From the sequence record OR757436.1: a stretch of 64,000 bases of DNA; one strand, written 5' to 3'. A model generated the notes under the pieces. It saw only the letters and a list, made by a program, of their open reading frames with translations. It ran no database searches and had not been told where the DNA came from. The DNA is from Escherichia phage vB-EcoP-XT73. The position numbers were made by a program, and so were the translations under genes. This document shows, in pieces, positions 19,390 through 29,556 of this stretch; the first letter of the stretch is position 1, and every line of letters starts with the position of its first letter.

Positions 19390-22347
19390 TTATCTTCGCC
19401 CGCCAACAGCAAATTCAATAGTTAGGCCATTGATAGCTGCATTACTGTTAACATCATTATCTATAACATTATAGAATAGATACGGATGGTTCAGTCGGAC
19501 ACCTACATGTCTGTCCACACCAATCGTATAAGACTTTTCACTGTGAATATGTCTATCTTCCTGATCAGAATACTGACTACCGCCAGCTTGGAATATATAG
19601 GTACCTGACCCTGTTACTTGTGGACGGAATCGGTTTATGTGCTTCTGATTCCATTCGTTAGTTACATTGTCAAAATCTATACCAGTTCTTTCCAGTTTCA
19701 TCTCTAAAGGCTTCTTGACAACAATATCATTCAACCTATCGAATGAGTAGTCATAAGGACCTACATCCACTTGGTAAAAGCCTTTCATCCAAGAACCTAC
19801 TACAGTGACTCTCTGACGGAAGTTAGTAGAATCCTTTCTCCACACAAGTTCACTGATTGAAGGGTCATCCCAAGTATACTCTTGGAAATCCACCCAAGTA
19901 GGACCTTTCTCTAGAGTTGGAGGATCAACTAAACCGATACAATGAGAGAATGGGATTGTACGGAAAGACCATGTATCAAACTCATAGTTCCATACAGCGG
20001 CTTTAGTACAAGCAAAACTCCCAGCAGGCTCTCCGGGTCCAACATAGAGAATCCACACTTCCTTCTTATCTTGATGTAAGTGAACCTTAGTGGCTAAAGG
20101 GTTTACTAAACAGATTTCGTTGATAAGCATGTTCTTGACCCTGTTGGATGCAATAGATTTCTTAGTTGCACCATTGTGTAGAATAACATCATTCTGAGTA
20201 ACAACAAAGTGACTGCTCTCAACTTCAACCACACACTCAGGAGCTAAGATTCCAGAATCGTTGAAGAGCTTCTTGAACATTAGTGGTTGATATGTGTTGT
20301 TAGTTGGGGATCCGATGTAAGTCTCAAACTCTGTGTAGATAAATAAGTAATCCTTAAGAGGAAGAATCTCAACTAAACTACCGTTTGAGTCAGCTAAATC
20401 TATATACCCAGCATATCCATTTTCCAGAGCCTCAGTCTGACCTACAACGTTTGCCGCTAAGTCTGAAGTCACATATCTATCGTAAGCAAAATCATCCCAT
20501 AAAGTAGGTGCCTTATTCTCATTAGCGTAATTAGACCAGCGAAGGCGAAGAGGATAGTGAGTGGTAACCCCTGATGCATTAGACTCTCGCATATTAAGAG
20601 CAAATAGGCGATTATTAAATGCACGAATCCTTTCGCACTTCCAGTTATATTTTACAACAGATGGGTTTCCGTTAGCATCAACTATCGTCTGCTCCCCCCA
20701 CCCCGGAAGATCTGTGAAGTACTCAGAGGCAAACTCTTTTACTTGAGGGGTTTCGTAGTGAGTGGTGAATACTGCGCAGTTAGAAATAATCGTATTGTAC
20801 CAAGGATATTCCTCAAACGCTTCATAGTCTCTACGAGCTACCTGACTAGCAGTACAGGTTATCTTCACTTTGCCAGTCTTAATAGCAGTTAAGGTAAAGG
20901 AAGGCCCAGTAGTGGAAGTAGAGGATACATATCCCGGCTGATCTACCACCCAATTATAAAGATAGTCTCCTTCAGGGAATGCCGTTGCAGTTATTACTAA
21001 TTCATCTCCAACATCAATTTCAGTATCCACAATGTCAAGAGTTAAAGTTTCAAGTTGAGCTGACCTTGACATAACTGCATTTAAAGAATAGGCTTCGACT
21101 CCATCAACCATAGAATAGTCATAAAAAGGGTTGCCCTCTGACATAGCCGAAGTGTCGATACCTGAATCCGTAGAACTCGGTTCTTCAGGAGGAGCTGATG
21201 CAGCAGCAAAAAGGGTTCTACTTGACAGCTCAACTCTAACACTACAGGTAGCTGTCCTCTCACCTTCTTCCGTAGTTGCTGTTATAACTGTGAACCCAGC
21301 TGTGAGTCCAGAGATAGTACCTTGAAGACCTGTTCCAGAAACAGTAGCAATATTTGGATTAGAGGAGGTCCAAGTTATTTTCTGATTTGCAGCATTTGAT
21401 GGGATTAAACTAGCATACAAGACATATGACGCCCCACGGTTAATTTGTAAATCTGTTTGACTCAAAGATATACTGTCAATTTGATTAATAACACTAACAG
21501 AACATTCTGAGGTCTTAGACCCATTGCTTGCAGTTATTAGTGCATTACCTACTCCTTGAGCGGATAAAACTGCTGTAGTAGTATCACCGTTAGGAGCTAC
21601 AGAAATAATGGCTGGGTTAGAAGAAGTCCATGTTAGAGGGGTCTTACTGGATGTTGCTGTAAGTGTGGTTGTTCCGCCTTTACGGAGTTGGACAGAGTCC
21701 CGGTTAAGGAAGATACCAGAATCAGAATCAACAACCCTTACGGAGATGCTGGCAGTCACAGAATCATCTTCATTAGAGACAGTGACAGTAAAGCTGCCCT
21801 CATTAGATAAGACACTCAATGTAGCTTTCTTACTATCATCAGGATCAACTAGTATTGAACCATAAGAAGGATTACTAACCTCCCACACAAGAGATGGTGT
21901 AGTAACACCCTCCGGAAGAAGAGATACCTCAAGAGTCTTGCTTTCATTAAAATTCATAATGACAGACGTTTCTTTAGGGATGATCTCCGTTAGTACAGGA
22001 TTTATCTTAACATAAGACACAGCTTTTTTGGTGACTGTAGCCACTCTTAGACTAACATCAATCATAGATTCGTTGTTCAGTCTAAAAATACTCTTATCTG
22101 TACCTACCAGCAAGAAGCTATTGTTAGCGCTAAAGTAGTCAAAAGGCATTGAAGCGAATGATAATGGTTTTATTTCTTTATCACTCTCAACGTAAGAAAG
22201 AGGGGCAGAGCCCCCCGTTTTAAACACACGCTGTTCTACAAACCGAGCATTGATTGCATTAGTGAATGCATTAGGAGCCAGATCTGTAGGAGATTGGTCG
22301 GCAATAACACCAACCGCACCCAAAGATTTTATTGGGTAGAGAGCCAT
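19390..22347 (-). CDS. large structural protein with tandem Ig-like (Big_2-type) domains
   Basis: Several Ig-like repeats (e.g. LTATSSKTPLTWTSSNPAIISVAPNG, ASLIPSNAANQKITWTSSNPNIATVSG). Confidence 0.55.
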   Translation of the reverse strand: MALYPIKSLGAVGVIADQSPTDLAPNAFTNAINARFVEQRVFKTGGSAPLSYVESDKEIKPLSFASMPFDYFSANNSFLLVGTDKSIFRLNNESMIDVSLRVATVTKKAVSYVKINPVLTEIIPKETSVIMNFNESKTLEVSLLPEGVTTPSLVWEVSNPSYGSILVDPDDSKKATLSVLSNEGSFTVTVSNEDDSVTASISVRVVDSDSGIFLNRDSVQLRKGGTTTLTATSSKTPLTWTSSNPAIISVAPNGDTTTAVLSAQGVGNALITASNGSKTSECSVSVINQIDSISLSQTDLQINRGASYVLYASLIPSNAANQKITWTSSNPNIATVSGTGLQGTISGLTAGFTVITATTEEGERTATCSVRVELSSRTLFAAASAPPEEPSSTDSGIDTSAMSEGNPFYDYSMVDGVEAYSLNAVMSRSAQLETLTLDIVDTEIDVGDELVITATAFPEGDYLYNWVVDQPGYVSSTSTTGPSFTLTAIKTGKVKITCTASQVARRDYEAFEEYPWYNTIISNCAVFTTHYETPQVKEFASEYFTDLPGWGEQTIVDANGNPSVVKYNWKCERIRAFNNRLFALNMRESNASGVTTHYPLRLRWSNYANENKAPTLWDDFAYDRYVTSDLAANVVGQTEALENGYAGYIDLADSNGSLVEILPLKDYLFIYTEFETYIGSPTNNTYQPLMFKKLFNDSGILAPECVVEVESSHFVVTQNDVILHNGATKKSIASNRVKNMLINEICLVNPLATKVHLHQDKKEVWILYVGPGEPAGSFACTKAAVWNYEFDTWSFRTIPFSHCIGLVDPPTLEKGPTWVDFQEYTWDDPSISELVWRKDSTNFRQRVTVVGSWMKGFYQVDVGPYDYSFDRLNDIVVKKPLEMKLERTGIDFDNVTNEWNQKHINRFRPQVTGSGTYIFQAGGSQYSDQEDRHIHSEKSYTIGVDRHVGVRLNHPYLFYNVIDNDVNSNAAINGLTIEFAVGGRR

Positions 22348-22356
22348 ACTTCCTCC

Positions 22357-23160
22357 TTAACTAATACGTCTCCAGATATATGCTGCACGGAAAGGTGGTA
22401 GCGTATTTATAGGTTGACGAGATACGTCATCATAGCCAAATGTTGCATTGCCAGTGATAGAGTGGGTGTGGGTATCAGAACTTGTTACAGCAGAATATCC
22501 ACTACCTGGACTGTACCAGTTAGGTGAGCTATTATGACCACTTGCATCTCCACGTCCAAATGATGTAGTGTGTGAGTGTGTATAGTTAGAAAGAGAAAAA
22601 CTTGAACCAGAGATTGTAGTCAATGGCAGGTTCTCTGTCTTAACTGTGTTGTAAACACGACCACCTGTAGCACCAGCAGTAAACTCCACACGCTGAGCAT
22701 TAGGGACTGTCCCATCAGGGTTCACAACCCCAGCACCCATGATAACACCAGTAACTGCTGTCCAGATACCAAACCCTAAAGATGTAGAATCTCCAGGGTT
22801 AATATCTTCCTCAGTGATGTAATAAGACCCAACCCTGTAAATCTTATTCTGCATCCAGTTGAGCATAAAAGATTCCATTTGAGCTTTGGTGGTAAAGTCG
22901 CTATTACCAGTACCTGCTGTACCGTTCTTAATCATCAGACCACCAACATCCATATAGTCACCAGCAAAAGAGATCTTGTCAGAGATGGCGGCTAGTGTAT
23001 CAGAATCTACTGTCATAGGCTCAGTTAAGTTGGGGAATGTGTTCTGTAATACTTGCTTAACTAGGCGCAGCTGGGCTGCACCTTCATAGATATAATCTCT
23101 ATCACGAGGATAGAGAGGGTTTAAGTCGGTAACTACTACCGCATTAGTTTCAATAGCCAA
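22357..23160 (-). CDS. tail fiber protein with phage tail-collar-type C-terminus
   Basis: TTG start 7 nt after GGAGG; C-terminal THSHT..GRGDASGH....LPPFRAAYIWRRIS resembles the tail-collar domain ending. Confidence 0.55.
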   Translation of the reverse strand: MAIETNAVVVTDLNPLYPRDRDYIYEGAAQLRLVKQVLQNTFPNLTEPMTVDSDTLAAISDKISFAGDYMDVGGLMIKNGTAGTGNSDFTTKAQMESFMLNWMQNKIYRVGSYYITEEDINPGDSTSLGFGIWTAVTGVIMGAGVVNPDGTVPNAQRVEFTAGATGGRVYNTVKTENLPLTTISGSSFSLSNYTHSHTTSFGRGDASGHNSSPNWYSPGSGYSAVTSSDTHTHSITGNATFGYDDVSRQPINTLPPFRAAYIWRRIS

Positions 23161-23172
23161 GAGGCACCTCCA

Positions 23173-23664
23173 TTAATATTTACCTTCGGTATAAAGATCA
23201 GCTTCTGCAACCCTTCTGTTATGAAGACCCTGACTTCTCTGCTTCACTCCCTTGACCGTTATCTTATCCCAACGAAGAAATTCAGAATATACATCCCCTT
23301 TAACATCTCCATTGATAACCTTCCTTAACTTAGATGTGCTCAAAGCCCCACTACCAACATTAAAGTTGAAAGAGGTGAGTGCATCAAACTCATGAACTAG
23401 CAAAGGAACCTTTATGTTCTTCTGAGTAGCACGAACAGAGTCTTGTGTGTCTCTATCTAGCAGAGCTAGACAATCCTCTATAGAATACGTTAATCCTTGT
23501 CTAACCGGATAACCATTCATATCGCGCGTAGCCCCTACACATATCGTCCAGATACCTGCGGAATCTTTATAAGCCTTAGTTCTCATACCCTCATGCTTCA
23601 TGATAAATTCAATTCCAGCTGGGCTTAAGTTTAATTGTACAGGTGGCAATGCGGCGTTATCCAT
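23173..23664 (-). CDS. T4-type lysozyme (GH24 muramidase)
   Basis: EG...KAYKD..G.WTI.VG catalytic region typical of phage lysozymes; strong RBS. Confidence 0.8.
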   Translation of the reverse strand: MDNAALPPVQLNLSPAGIEFIMKHEGMRTKAYKDSAGIWTICVGATRDMNGYPVRQGLTYSIEDCLALLDRDTQDSVRATQKNIKVPLLVHEFDALTSFNFNVGSGALSTSKLRKVINGDVKGDVYSEFLRWDKITVKGVKQRSQGLHNRRVAEADLYTEGKY

Positions 23665-23693
23665 TTCTAACCTCCTTTTGTAGTCCCTTTAGA

Positions 23694-23912
23694 TTAAGGT
23701 AATATCTTTCTCAGAGCGTTAGATTCAGCATCAGGACAAATAACAACTAAGTTATTTTGAATTATTCTCTGCTTACATTGAGAACTAAGTTTCTCTACTG
23801 GAGCAGGGATATTTACTAATGGGTGAACTGCACCTACAGGAACTGCGGTCGACACCACAACACCTGCACCTAAACACACCAAACCATATGCAGCTTGTTT
23901 CATCATTTTCAT
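23694..23912 (-). CDS. small membrane protein, candidate holin
   Basis: GGAGA RBS; one hydrophobic segment then a hydrophilic C-terminus; immediately upstream of the lysozyme gene. Confidence 0.4.
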   Translation of the reverse strand: MKMMKQAAYGLVCLGAGVVVSTAVPVGAVHPLVNIPAPVEKLSSQCKQRIIQNNLVVICPDAESNALRKILP

Positions 23913-24027
23913 TTAAGTGTCTCCTATATATTAACCTCTTGAGATATATTAGTTTCATTACCCATCAAGAAAAGGTACTGCTAAAAATTCTTGATGGGCT
24001 GTTCTTATCACATATAGAGTATCAAGA

Positions 24028-27000
24028 TCATATCAATCCATAGATGATGTTGTGAAGAACACACCCCCCAACTGCGCCACCTATGTTGAAATTAATTTCA
24101 GCCTTACTGGACCCTGGAGGAACTGAATCAATAACAGCATAGAAACTGAACGAGTTGTTACTAGGTATGTAATATCCAATAGACTCAGAAACTGCATTAC
24201 CTGCTGAATCTAGAAACCTAATAGATGCTAGTGTAGTGGTTGTATTCTTAGCCCAAAAACCAAACTGAAAGTATCTTCCGGGATGACACTCACTCACTGA
24301 TTGGGTGAAGTTTGCCGAGCTAGTCGTATCTGGGACACCAAAAGAGAATGATGTGTTAAACATAGGAGACGAACTCGGAACATCATTGGGTTGAGAAACT
24401 GACACTACCCCTGATCCTGTTTGACTAAATGTCCAGTTAGATGTATTTAAGAATTGCCCGGAACCATTACTAAGACTATTAATGTAAGGGCTTACAATAG
24501 ATCCAAGATCCCACCTACTTAAGACAAAACCAGCTCTAGGGTAACATCCGTTAGACACAACTCTCTTACTATCACCGCCGATGAGTTGGCGAGTAGGGAA
24601 ACCAGTGGCTAGAGTATTGTTGCCATACAGAGGTAGAGAGCAGTTTGTCAGAGAAACAAAACCATCCCCATTACTTACTATAGGGACAGAACTAAAACCT
24701 ACAGGGACCAAAATTGTCGAATCTTTTATGCTCAATCTCGAACTACCATTAACAGAAAAAGAAACAAAAGACTGATCCGGTTGATACTCAATGTTCCCAT
24801 TAGAAAAAACAACTGTGGCGTTGTCTGTCATTATAATGGTTGGGTCAAAATATCCAGACTTTTTCCCAGCAGGAAGTGAACACGTATCAAAGATGAATTG
24901 TCCATTCTCAAAAGTAAAAGGTCCTCCGTTATCCACGCACCAGCAGTGATTGAACTTTATAACTTCTCCAGAGTTCGCTCTTGATTTAAAAACAACCGTG
25001 TCCGTAAAGCTTCTACTTATTGCACATTTGTCAAAAAGGATCCTATATGAATTATCAAGGAATTCAAGACCAGCTGTTGAGATAAAACCACAATTTTCTA
25101 TCCGAACTTCCGACACCTCCCCACTATCAGTCCCTCCAATTACAACCTTTCTGGCACCTAGACCAACAAAGGACACTCCTGATATCTTAGCTGTTGAAGA
25201 AATCGAATCTCTAAGCCCATAATCTGTGTTTGAATTTATAATCTTCAAGAAATATTGACCTGTTGCTCCAGCCCCTTCCTGAAGCTTACAATTATTATAG
25301 CCTATCAAGGCTCCTTTAGAAACGTCAATAGCTATCTCAGATAATACGGATCCAGAAGTTGGAACTATACAATCGTAACCAGAGGAGTTCACTTTGTTGA
25401 TATAAACAGCAATATCCCCGCTGCCAGTGTAGCCTGCATCAAACACAGAAGCTTCTCCAGAGAATAGCAACCTCTTCCATTTTACAGAAACTCCACTGAA
25501 AACCACCACCCCATCAGCTGTTTCTGAATTGTCTATTGCTACAAACACACCCCCTCCCATATTAGCCCCTTCGACATAAGATCTTACAAAGACTTTGTCG
25601 CCTACAGAAGCTCCCTCTAAGGTCTGAAGTTGTTCAATAGAGGGGAGATCTCCAATAAGATTAAACCCTGTAGGCAGGCCTAGTTCTTGAGAGACCACAT
25701 TAGATACCTGACCTAATGCCACTGCTTCGTCACTCTCAACGGCGTTTGGTATACGTATAGGTTGAGAAAAAGTTACCTTATTTGTCATCGAAGTAATATC
25801 TGAGTTAGCCCCACTCTTAGCCGCAACCAGTGCGAGCCTTGCCGTGTCCGGAGAAGAGGCTCCTGTACCACCTTTCGAAATAGGAACAATATTTTCTACA
25901 GAAACATCACCTAATCCTAAATTAGATCTAGCAATAGTAGTATTAATTGCTCCTGTACCACCTTTCGAAATAGGAACAATATTTTCTACAGAAACATCAC
26001 CTAATCCTAAATTAGATCTAGCAATAGTAGTATTAATTGCTCCTGTACCACCTTTCGAAATAGGAACAATATTTTCTACAGAAACATCACCTAATCCTAA
26101 ATTAGATCTAGCAATAGTAGTATTAATTGCTCCTGTACCACCTTTCGAAATAGGAACAATATTTTCTACAGAAACATCACCTAATCCTAAATTAGATCTA
26201 GACCCCTCTGCCGTGGAAGAACCCGTACCTCCTTGGAGCAGAGAGAGAGGTGTGGTTAGGCCTGAGAGGGAGGTAATATCTGAGTTAGAGCCACTCTTAG
26301 CTGCACCGGTAATCTGCTCAACAGTATAGTCTCCGGCCTGCGGTGATACAACACCTGTCCGTGAGTTAAAACTGGAAACCACCTGTAAAGAAACTTCTCC
26401 TGTTTGAGCAACACCCCCATTAAGAGATACTGACCGAACAGAGGGGATTAGATTAGCAATGTCAACCATTGAGGTTCTATACAGCCCACCAGAGTCCTTA
26501 TCTACGAAAAAACCATAATCATCCGACACAGGAATACCAACAGGAGTTTCCCCAATGTCTGAAATTGTACCATCTGTTCCGTCACGACCCGGCTTCCCTT
26601 CTGGAATACCAAAAGAGAATACACCAGTTGTATTGTCATAGGAACCCGTTGCCAAACTACCTGGGGGTAGTAGCGTCGTCTGTACCGTCATATTAGAAAT
26701 AATATCAAGCTGTTCTAGGACTTGCTGCGTTGCTTCTCTTGAAAGATCTGTAGCTGCATTTGTATTGTCAATAGCCTGTCCCGTAGACTGAATAAGACCT
26801 AGAAGAGTCTGATTCTGTGCTTCAAAGTCTTCTTTAAGTTGCTTAATGTCAGACTCTAGCAGGAACCCTTGAGCGTATAGACGTTCTACCTCAGCAAGAA
26901 TCTCATCTACTGAAGAATATTTAGTCTGGGATAACAGCGCCCAATATTTAGCATCAGCTGCATACTCAGCCGCTGATTTATAAGCACCAATTGATCCTTC

Positions 27001-27063
27001 TGTAGCACCAAATTGGCCTACATTATTCACCGCTGTAGGTGCTGAATTGTTGTAACTGATCAT
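24028..27063 (-). CDS. tailspike / tail fiber with collagen-like motif, 30-aa tandem repeats and beta-helix-like C-terminal domain (possible depolymerase)
   Basis: EGKPGRDGTDG; four copies of SNLGLGDVSVENIVPISKGGTGAINTTIAR; C-terminal half has Asn/Cys-rich repeats suggestive of a parallel beta-helix. Confidence 0.7.
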   Translation of the reverse strand: MISYNNSAPTAVNNVGQFGATEGSIGAYKSAAEYAADAKYWALLSQTKYSSVDEILAEVERLYAQGFLLESDIKQLKEDFEAQNQTLLGLIQSTGQAIDNTNAATDLSREATQQVLEQLDIISNMTVQTTLLPPGSLATGSYDNTTGVFSFGIPEGKPGRDGTDGTISDIGETPVGIPVSDDYGFFVDKDSGGLYRTSMVDIANLIPSVRSVSLNGGVAQTGEVSLQVVSSFNSRTGVVSPQAGDYTVEQITGAAKSGSNSDITSLSGLTTPLSLLQGGTGSSTAEGSRSNLGLGDVSVENIVPISKGGTGAINTTIARSNLGLGDVSVENIVPISKGGTGAINTTIARSNLGLGDVSVENIVPISKGGTGAINTTIARSNLGLGDVSVENIVPISKGGTGASSPDTARLALVAAKSGANSDITSMTNKVTFSQPIRIPNAVESDEAVALGQVSNVVSQELGLPTGFNLIGDLPSIEQLQTLEGASVGDKVFVRSYVEGANMGGGVFVAIDNSETADGVVVFSGVSVKWKRLLFSGEASVFDAGYTGSGDIAVYINKVNSSGYDCIVPTSGSVLSEIAIDVSKGALIGYNNCKLQEGAGATGQYFLKIINSNTDYGLRDSISSTAKISGVSFVGLGARKVVIGGTDSGEVSEVRIENCGFISTAGLEFLDNSYRILFDKCAISRSFTDTVVFKSRANSGEVIKFNHCWCVDNGGPFTFENGQFIFDTCSLPAGKKSGYFDPTIIMTDNATVVFSNGNIEYQPDQSFVSFSVNGSSRLSIKDSTILVPVGFSSVPIVSNGDGFVSLTNCSLPLYGNNTLATGFPTRQLIGGDSKRVVSNGCYPRAGFVLSRWDLGSIVSPYINSLSNGSGQFLNTSNWTFSQTGSGVVSVSQPNDVPSSSPMFNTSFSFGVPDTTSSANFTQSVSECHPGRYFQFGFWAKNTTTTLASIRFLDSAGNAVSESIGYYIPSNNSFSFYAVIDSVPPGSSKAEINFNIGGAVGGCVLHNIIYGLI
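25861..26201. repeat. perfect 90-bp tandem repeat, about 3.8 copies, inside the tailspike gene
   Basis: Unit TCCTGTACCACC...TATTAATTGC repeats identically at 25861, 25951, 26041 and partially at 26131. Confidence 0.9.
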
Positions 27064-27072
27064 ATTATCTCC

Positions 27073-27825
27073 TTATACACGAGAAGTACGAATACCATAA
27101 ATATCAGGCAAGCTGCTCTGAAGCCGAGTCATGTTATTCGGAATTGCGATAGGTGAACCTGAGTACTCTTGTTTCTTATTCTGCTCTACCATTTCATCAA
27201 GGATAGCTTTTCCTAATGCTGACCATTTCTGAACTCCGTTGTCATCTTGAACAAACAAGCAAGCATGACGTAGAGTAAAGTACAGAAGAAGTTCTGGTGC
27301 GATAGTAAGAATAGCACTAGTGTCTGTGTCTTCATGGAATTCCGGTGGGTCTGCATAATAACTAAGAATTACTGAGTTTTCTGCTGGAATCAAAGGACTT
27401 CCATCATCAGGGTAATACGGAGTGTCTGCTTCGATGCTAGGATAGAAAATGAAACGACTACCGAAACGAGCAAAGTTAACAGGTTGATTGTTCCAATGAG
27501 ATGGGTTAATTGTTCCATGCTGTCTACGATAGCTAATCTCTTCAGGAGATGTTACTTGGAAGATTGTACCATCTTTGGCTCTCATCATCCATTGAGCTTC
27601 TAAGTAATCAGGAGGAATGTAAGCTACTCCATCTTTAATATCTAAATACACTTCTTTTTCCAGAGGAGGGATACGTAAATTACGATAAATCTCTTTCTCT
27701 GCAAAGTTAATAAAGTTTGGAATTTGATTAACAAATTCGTCATCGTCCCTATCTGCCCAGAGGGCCACGGCCTTCTTTAGCCACCCATAGGTATTGATGG
27801 GGTATTGAACATCTGGCATTGCCAT
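27073..27825 (-). CDS. structural protein (possible head-tail adaptor)
   Basis: Strong RBS; lies between the capsid and tail genes. Confidence 0.45.
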   Translation of the reverse strand: MAMPDVQYPINTYGWLKKAVALWADRDDDEFVNQIPNFINFAEKEIYRNLRIPPLEKEVYLDIKDGVAYIPPDYLEAQWMMRAKDGTIFQVTSPEEISYRRQHGTINPSHWNNQPVNFARFGSRFIFYPSIEADTPYYPDDGSPLIPAENSVILSYYADPPEFHEDTDTSAILTIAPELLLYFTLRHACLFVQDDNGVQKWSALGKAILDEMVEQNKKQEYSGSPIAIPNNMTRLQSSLPDIYGIRTSRV

Positions 27826-27892
27826 AGGTTGTCCTCCTTGTTATATGTAGACAAAGAATATACATTACACACTAGCTTGTATAGGTCTTAAA

Positions 27893-27921
27893 ACGAAAAA
27901 ACCCCGCCCGAAGGCAGGGTC
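27893..27921 (-). terminator. intrinsic terminator downstream of the capsid region
   Basis: On the - strand: ACCCTGCC-TTCG-GGCGGGGT then TTTTTTCGTTTT. Confidence 0.55.
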
Positions 27922-27926
27922 TAATT

Positions 27927-28468
27927 TTAAGCAGCAGGTGTTACACCTGTGAATTCACAAGTGGCTGTTACAAGAGGTTTAGTCTCGTGTGTAGCTGTAA
28001 CAGAGACTGCACCCGTAGCAGTATCAGCAAGAGTCAAAAGACCAGCTGCACTAACAGTGCCCGCTTCCGGAGGAGTTACCTCAAAAGTATAGTCACTTCC
28101 GGTAGAGTTTGTTGCTGTAAACATAGTAGAGAATGCGGTTGTTGATCCACCCACCTTCCCTGAAATCGGACCTCGGCTAACAAGGGTAGGTTCAGGGTCA
28201 GCAATAGCTGAGATCGTAGATGTACCGGATTTACCACCTTTAGTAGCTTTCACTGTAATCGGGGTTTCTTGCGACGCACTCGGTGCAGTATACAGTCCAG
28301 AAACAGAAATAGCCCCACCACCCTCAACGGACCAAACAAATCCAGTTGTTGATGTGGAGCTATCACTCATTTGTGCTGTAGCTGTAAACTGCTGAGTAGC
28401 CCCCGTCGGAAGGCTTGCAACCGACGAAGGACTAACAGTTATGGTATCTACTGTTACGCCGCCACTGC
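27927..28468 (-). CDS. Ig-like (Big_2) domain ORF in the -1 frame of the capsid gene; likely a C-terminal capsid extension rather than an independent gene
   Basis: Frame is open from inside the capsid gene; the Ig-like sequence (TVDTITVSPSSVASLPTGATQQFTATAQ...) begins upstream of the annotated ATG; no SD before ATG 28370. Confidence 0.5.
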
Positions 28469-29515
28469 CTTTCCCGCAGCAGTGAACAGAACACCGGAAG
28501 CATACGGGTTGCGGTGACGCAGACCAACTTCCATCTCAATCATCCATTTTTCGTAAGAACCATCTTTAGCCAGTTCAGTACGTTTCGGAGCACGCAGAAC
28601 CATCTGAGTCCAGTCAGCGCTACGGAAGAAGTAAACTGCATCGGTAGGCATCCAACGGTTAACGATGATTTTGTAGCTCTGGCCCAGCGGGTCAGTGATG
28701 CTGTTAACTTCGTAAATGAACTGCTTGGTGTTTTCAAAGATACGCTTACGTGAACCCTGAGTATTTTCTTGCAGACCAGCGAAGATCTTAGCATGAGCCG
28801 GGTTAATCATGATGATATCTGCTTCAGAACCAGCGGTGTACAGTTGCAGAGTCATATCAAAGATATCTGCTTCATCAAAGCCGATGTTAGTAGCCGGGTT
28901 AGAAGCGTTCTGTGCAACTTTAACAGTGATTGCACCAGTATCCGGGTCAGCAGGACCATTCTTGGTCTTGTCAACAACGCCGCCAGCCAGACCACCGTGA
29001 GCACACAGGAACTGGAATGCACCAGTCTTACGAGCTGCATGGGTGTCGTTCTTGCCAATCTGATCTGGGTCAGCGGCAGAGTTAGTCAGGTATTGGTCAG
29101 CCAGAACGTCGGTACGAGCCTGACCAGACAGAAGGATTTTCTCGAGGTCACGCTTGATCTCTTTACCTTTCTTCTCCAGCTGGTACATCAGTTCGCGACC
29201 ACGACCGTAGTTAGCGGTGGTGTTAGCAGTGTCAGAAACACGAACAACCTTACGCAGAATCTGAGTAACGTTAGACTTGATAACAGTCGGTTTCATTTCG
29301 CCGTCTTCAGCACGAGAGCCTTCGACGTGTGCGTTATTACCATCAACGCTTGCCAGTGCATCGGTCTGCCAGCTAAAGATAGTCTGGTTGATAGACTCTT
29401 TACCGGTCATGGATACGAACGGGGTATCCTGAGGGGACAGAACAGAAATCCAGTTAGCAAAAGAAAGTTTTTTACCATTCTGGTCATACGATACAAATAA
29501 AGTTGGATTAGCCAT
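28454..29515 (-). CDS. major capsid protein
   Basis: 353 aa directly downstream of the scaffold-like gene; strong RBS; followed by terminator; codon usage typical of a highly expressed gene. Family not confirmed by search. Confidence 0.65.
   Translation of the reverse strand: MANPTLFVSYDQNGKKLSFANWISVLSPQDTPFVSMTGKESINQTIFSWQTDALASVDGNNAHVEGSRAEDGEMKPTVIKSNVTQILRKVVRVSDTANTTANYGRGRELMYQLEKKGKEIKRDLEKILLSGQARTDVLADQYLTNSAADPDQIGKNDTHAARKTGAFQFLCAHGGLAGGVVDKTKNGPADPDTGAITVKVAQNASNPATNIGFDEADIFDMTLQLYTAGSEADIIMINPAHAKIFAGLQENTQGSRKRIFENTKQFIYEVNSITDPLGQSYKIIVNRWMPTDAVYFFRSADWTQMVLRAPKRTELAKDGSYEKWMIEMEVGLRHRNPYASGVLFTAAGKAVAA
28469..28475 (-). other. candidate -1 programmed ribosomal frameshift site (G GGA AAG)
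   Basis: X XXY YYZ heptamer five codons before the capsid stop; the -1 frame continues without stops into the Ig-like domain. Confidence 0.45.
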
Positions 29516-29556
29516 GTTATGTTAGCTCCTATACTATTAAATAATTAATTTGTCGA

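Noticed and set aside
25861-26201. Possible CRISPR array (regular direct repeats)
   Set aside because: Repeats are contiguous with no spacers, 90 bp long, and in-frame within a coding gene.
25844-26329. 161-aa + strand ORF with internal peptide repeats
   Set aside because: It is the antisense reading of the 90-bp tandem repeat inside the tailspike gene; the - strand ORF is continuous and has an RBS.
28769-29500. 243-aa ORF on the + strand (with nested 28809..29000 and 28514..28753)
   Set aside because: Antisense to the strongly supported capsid gene, no RBS, and it would overlap a whole essential gene; likely a codon-bias artefact.
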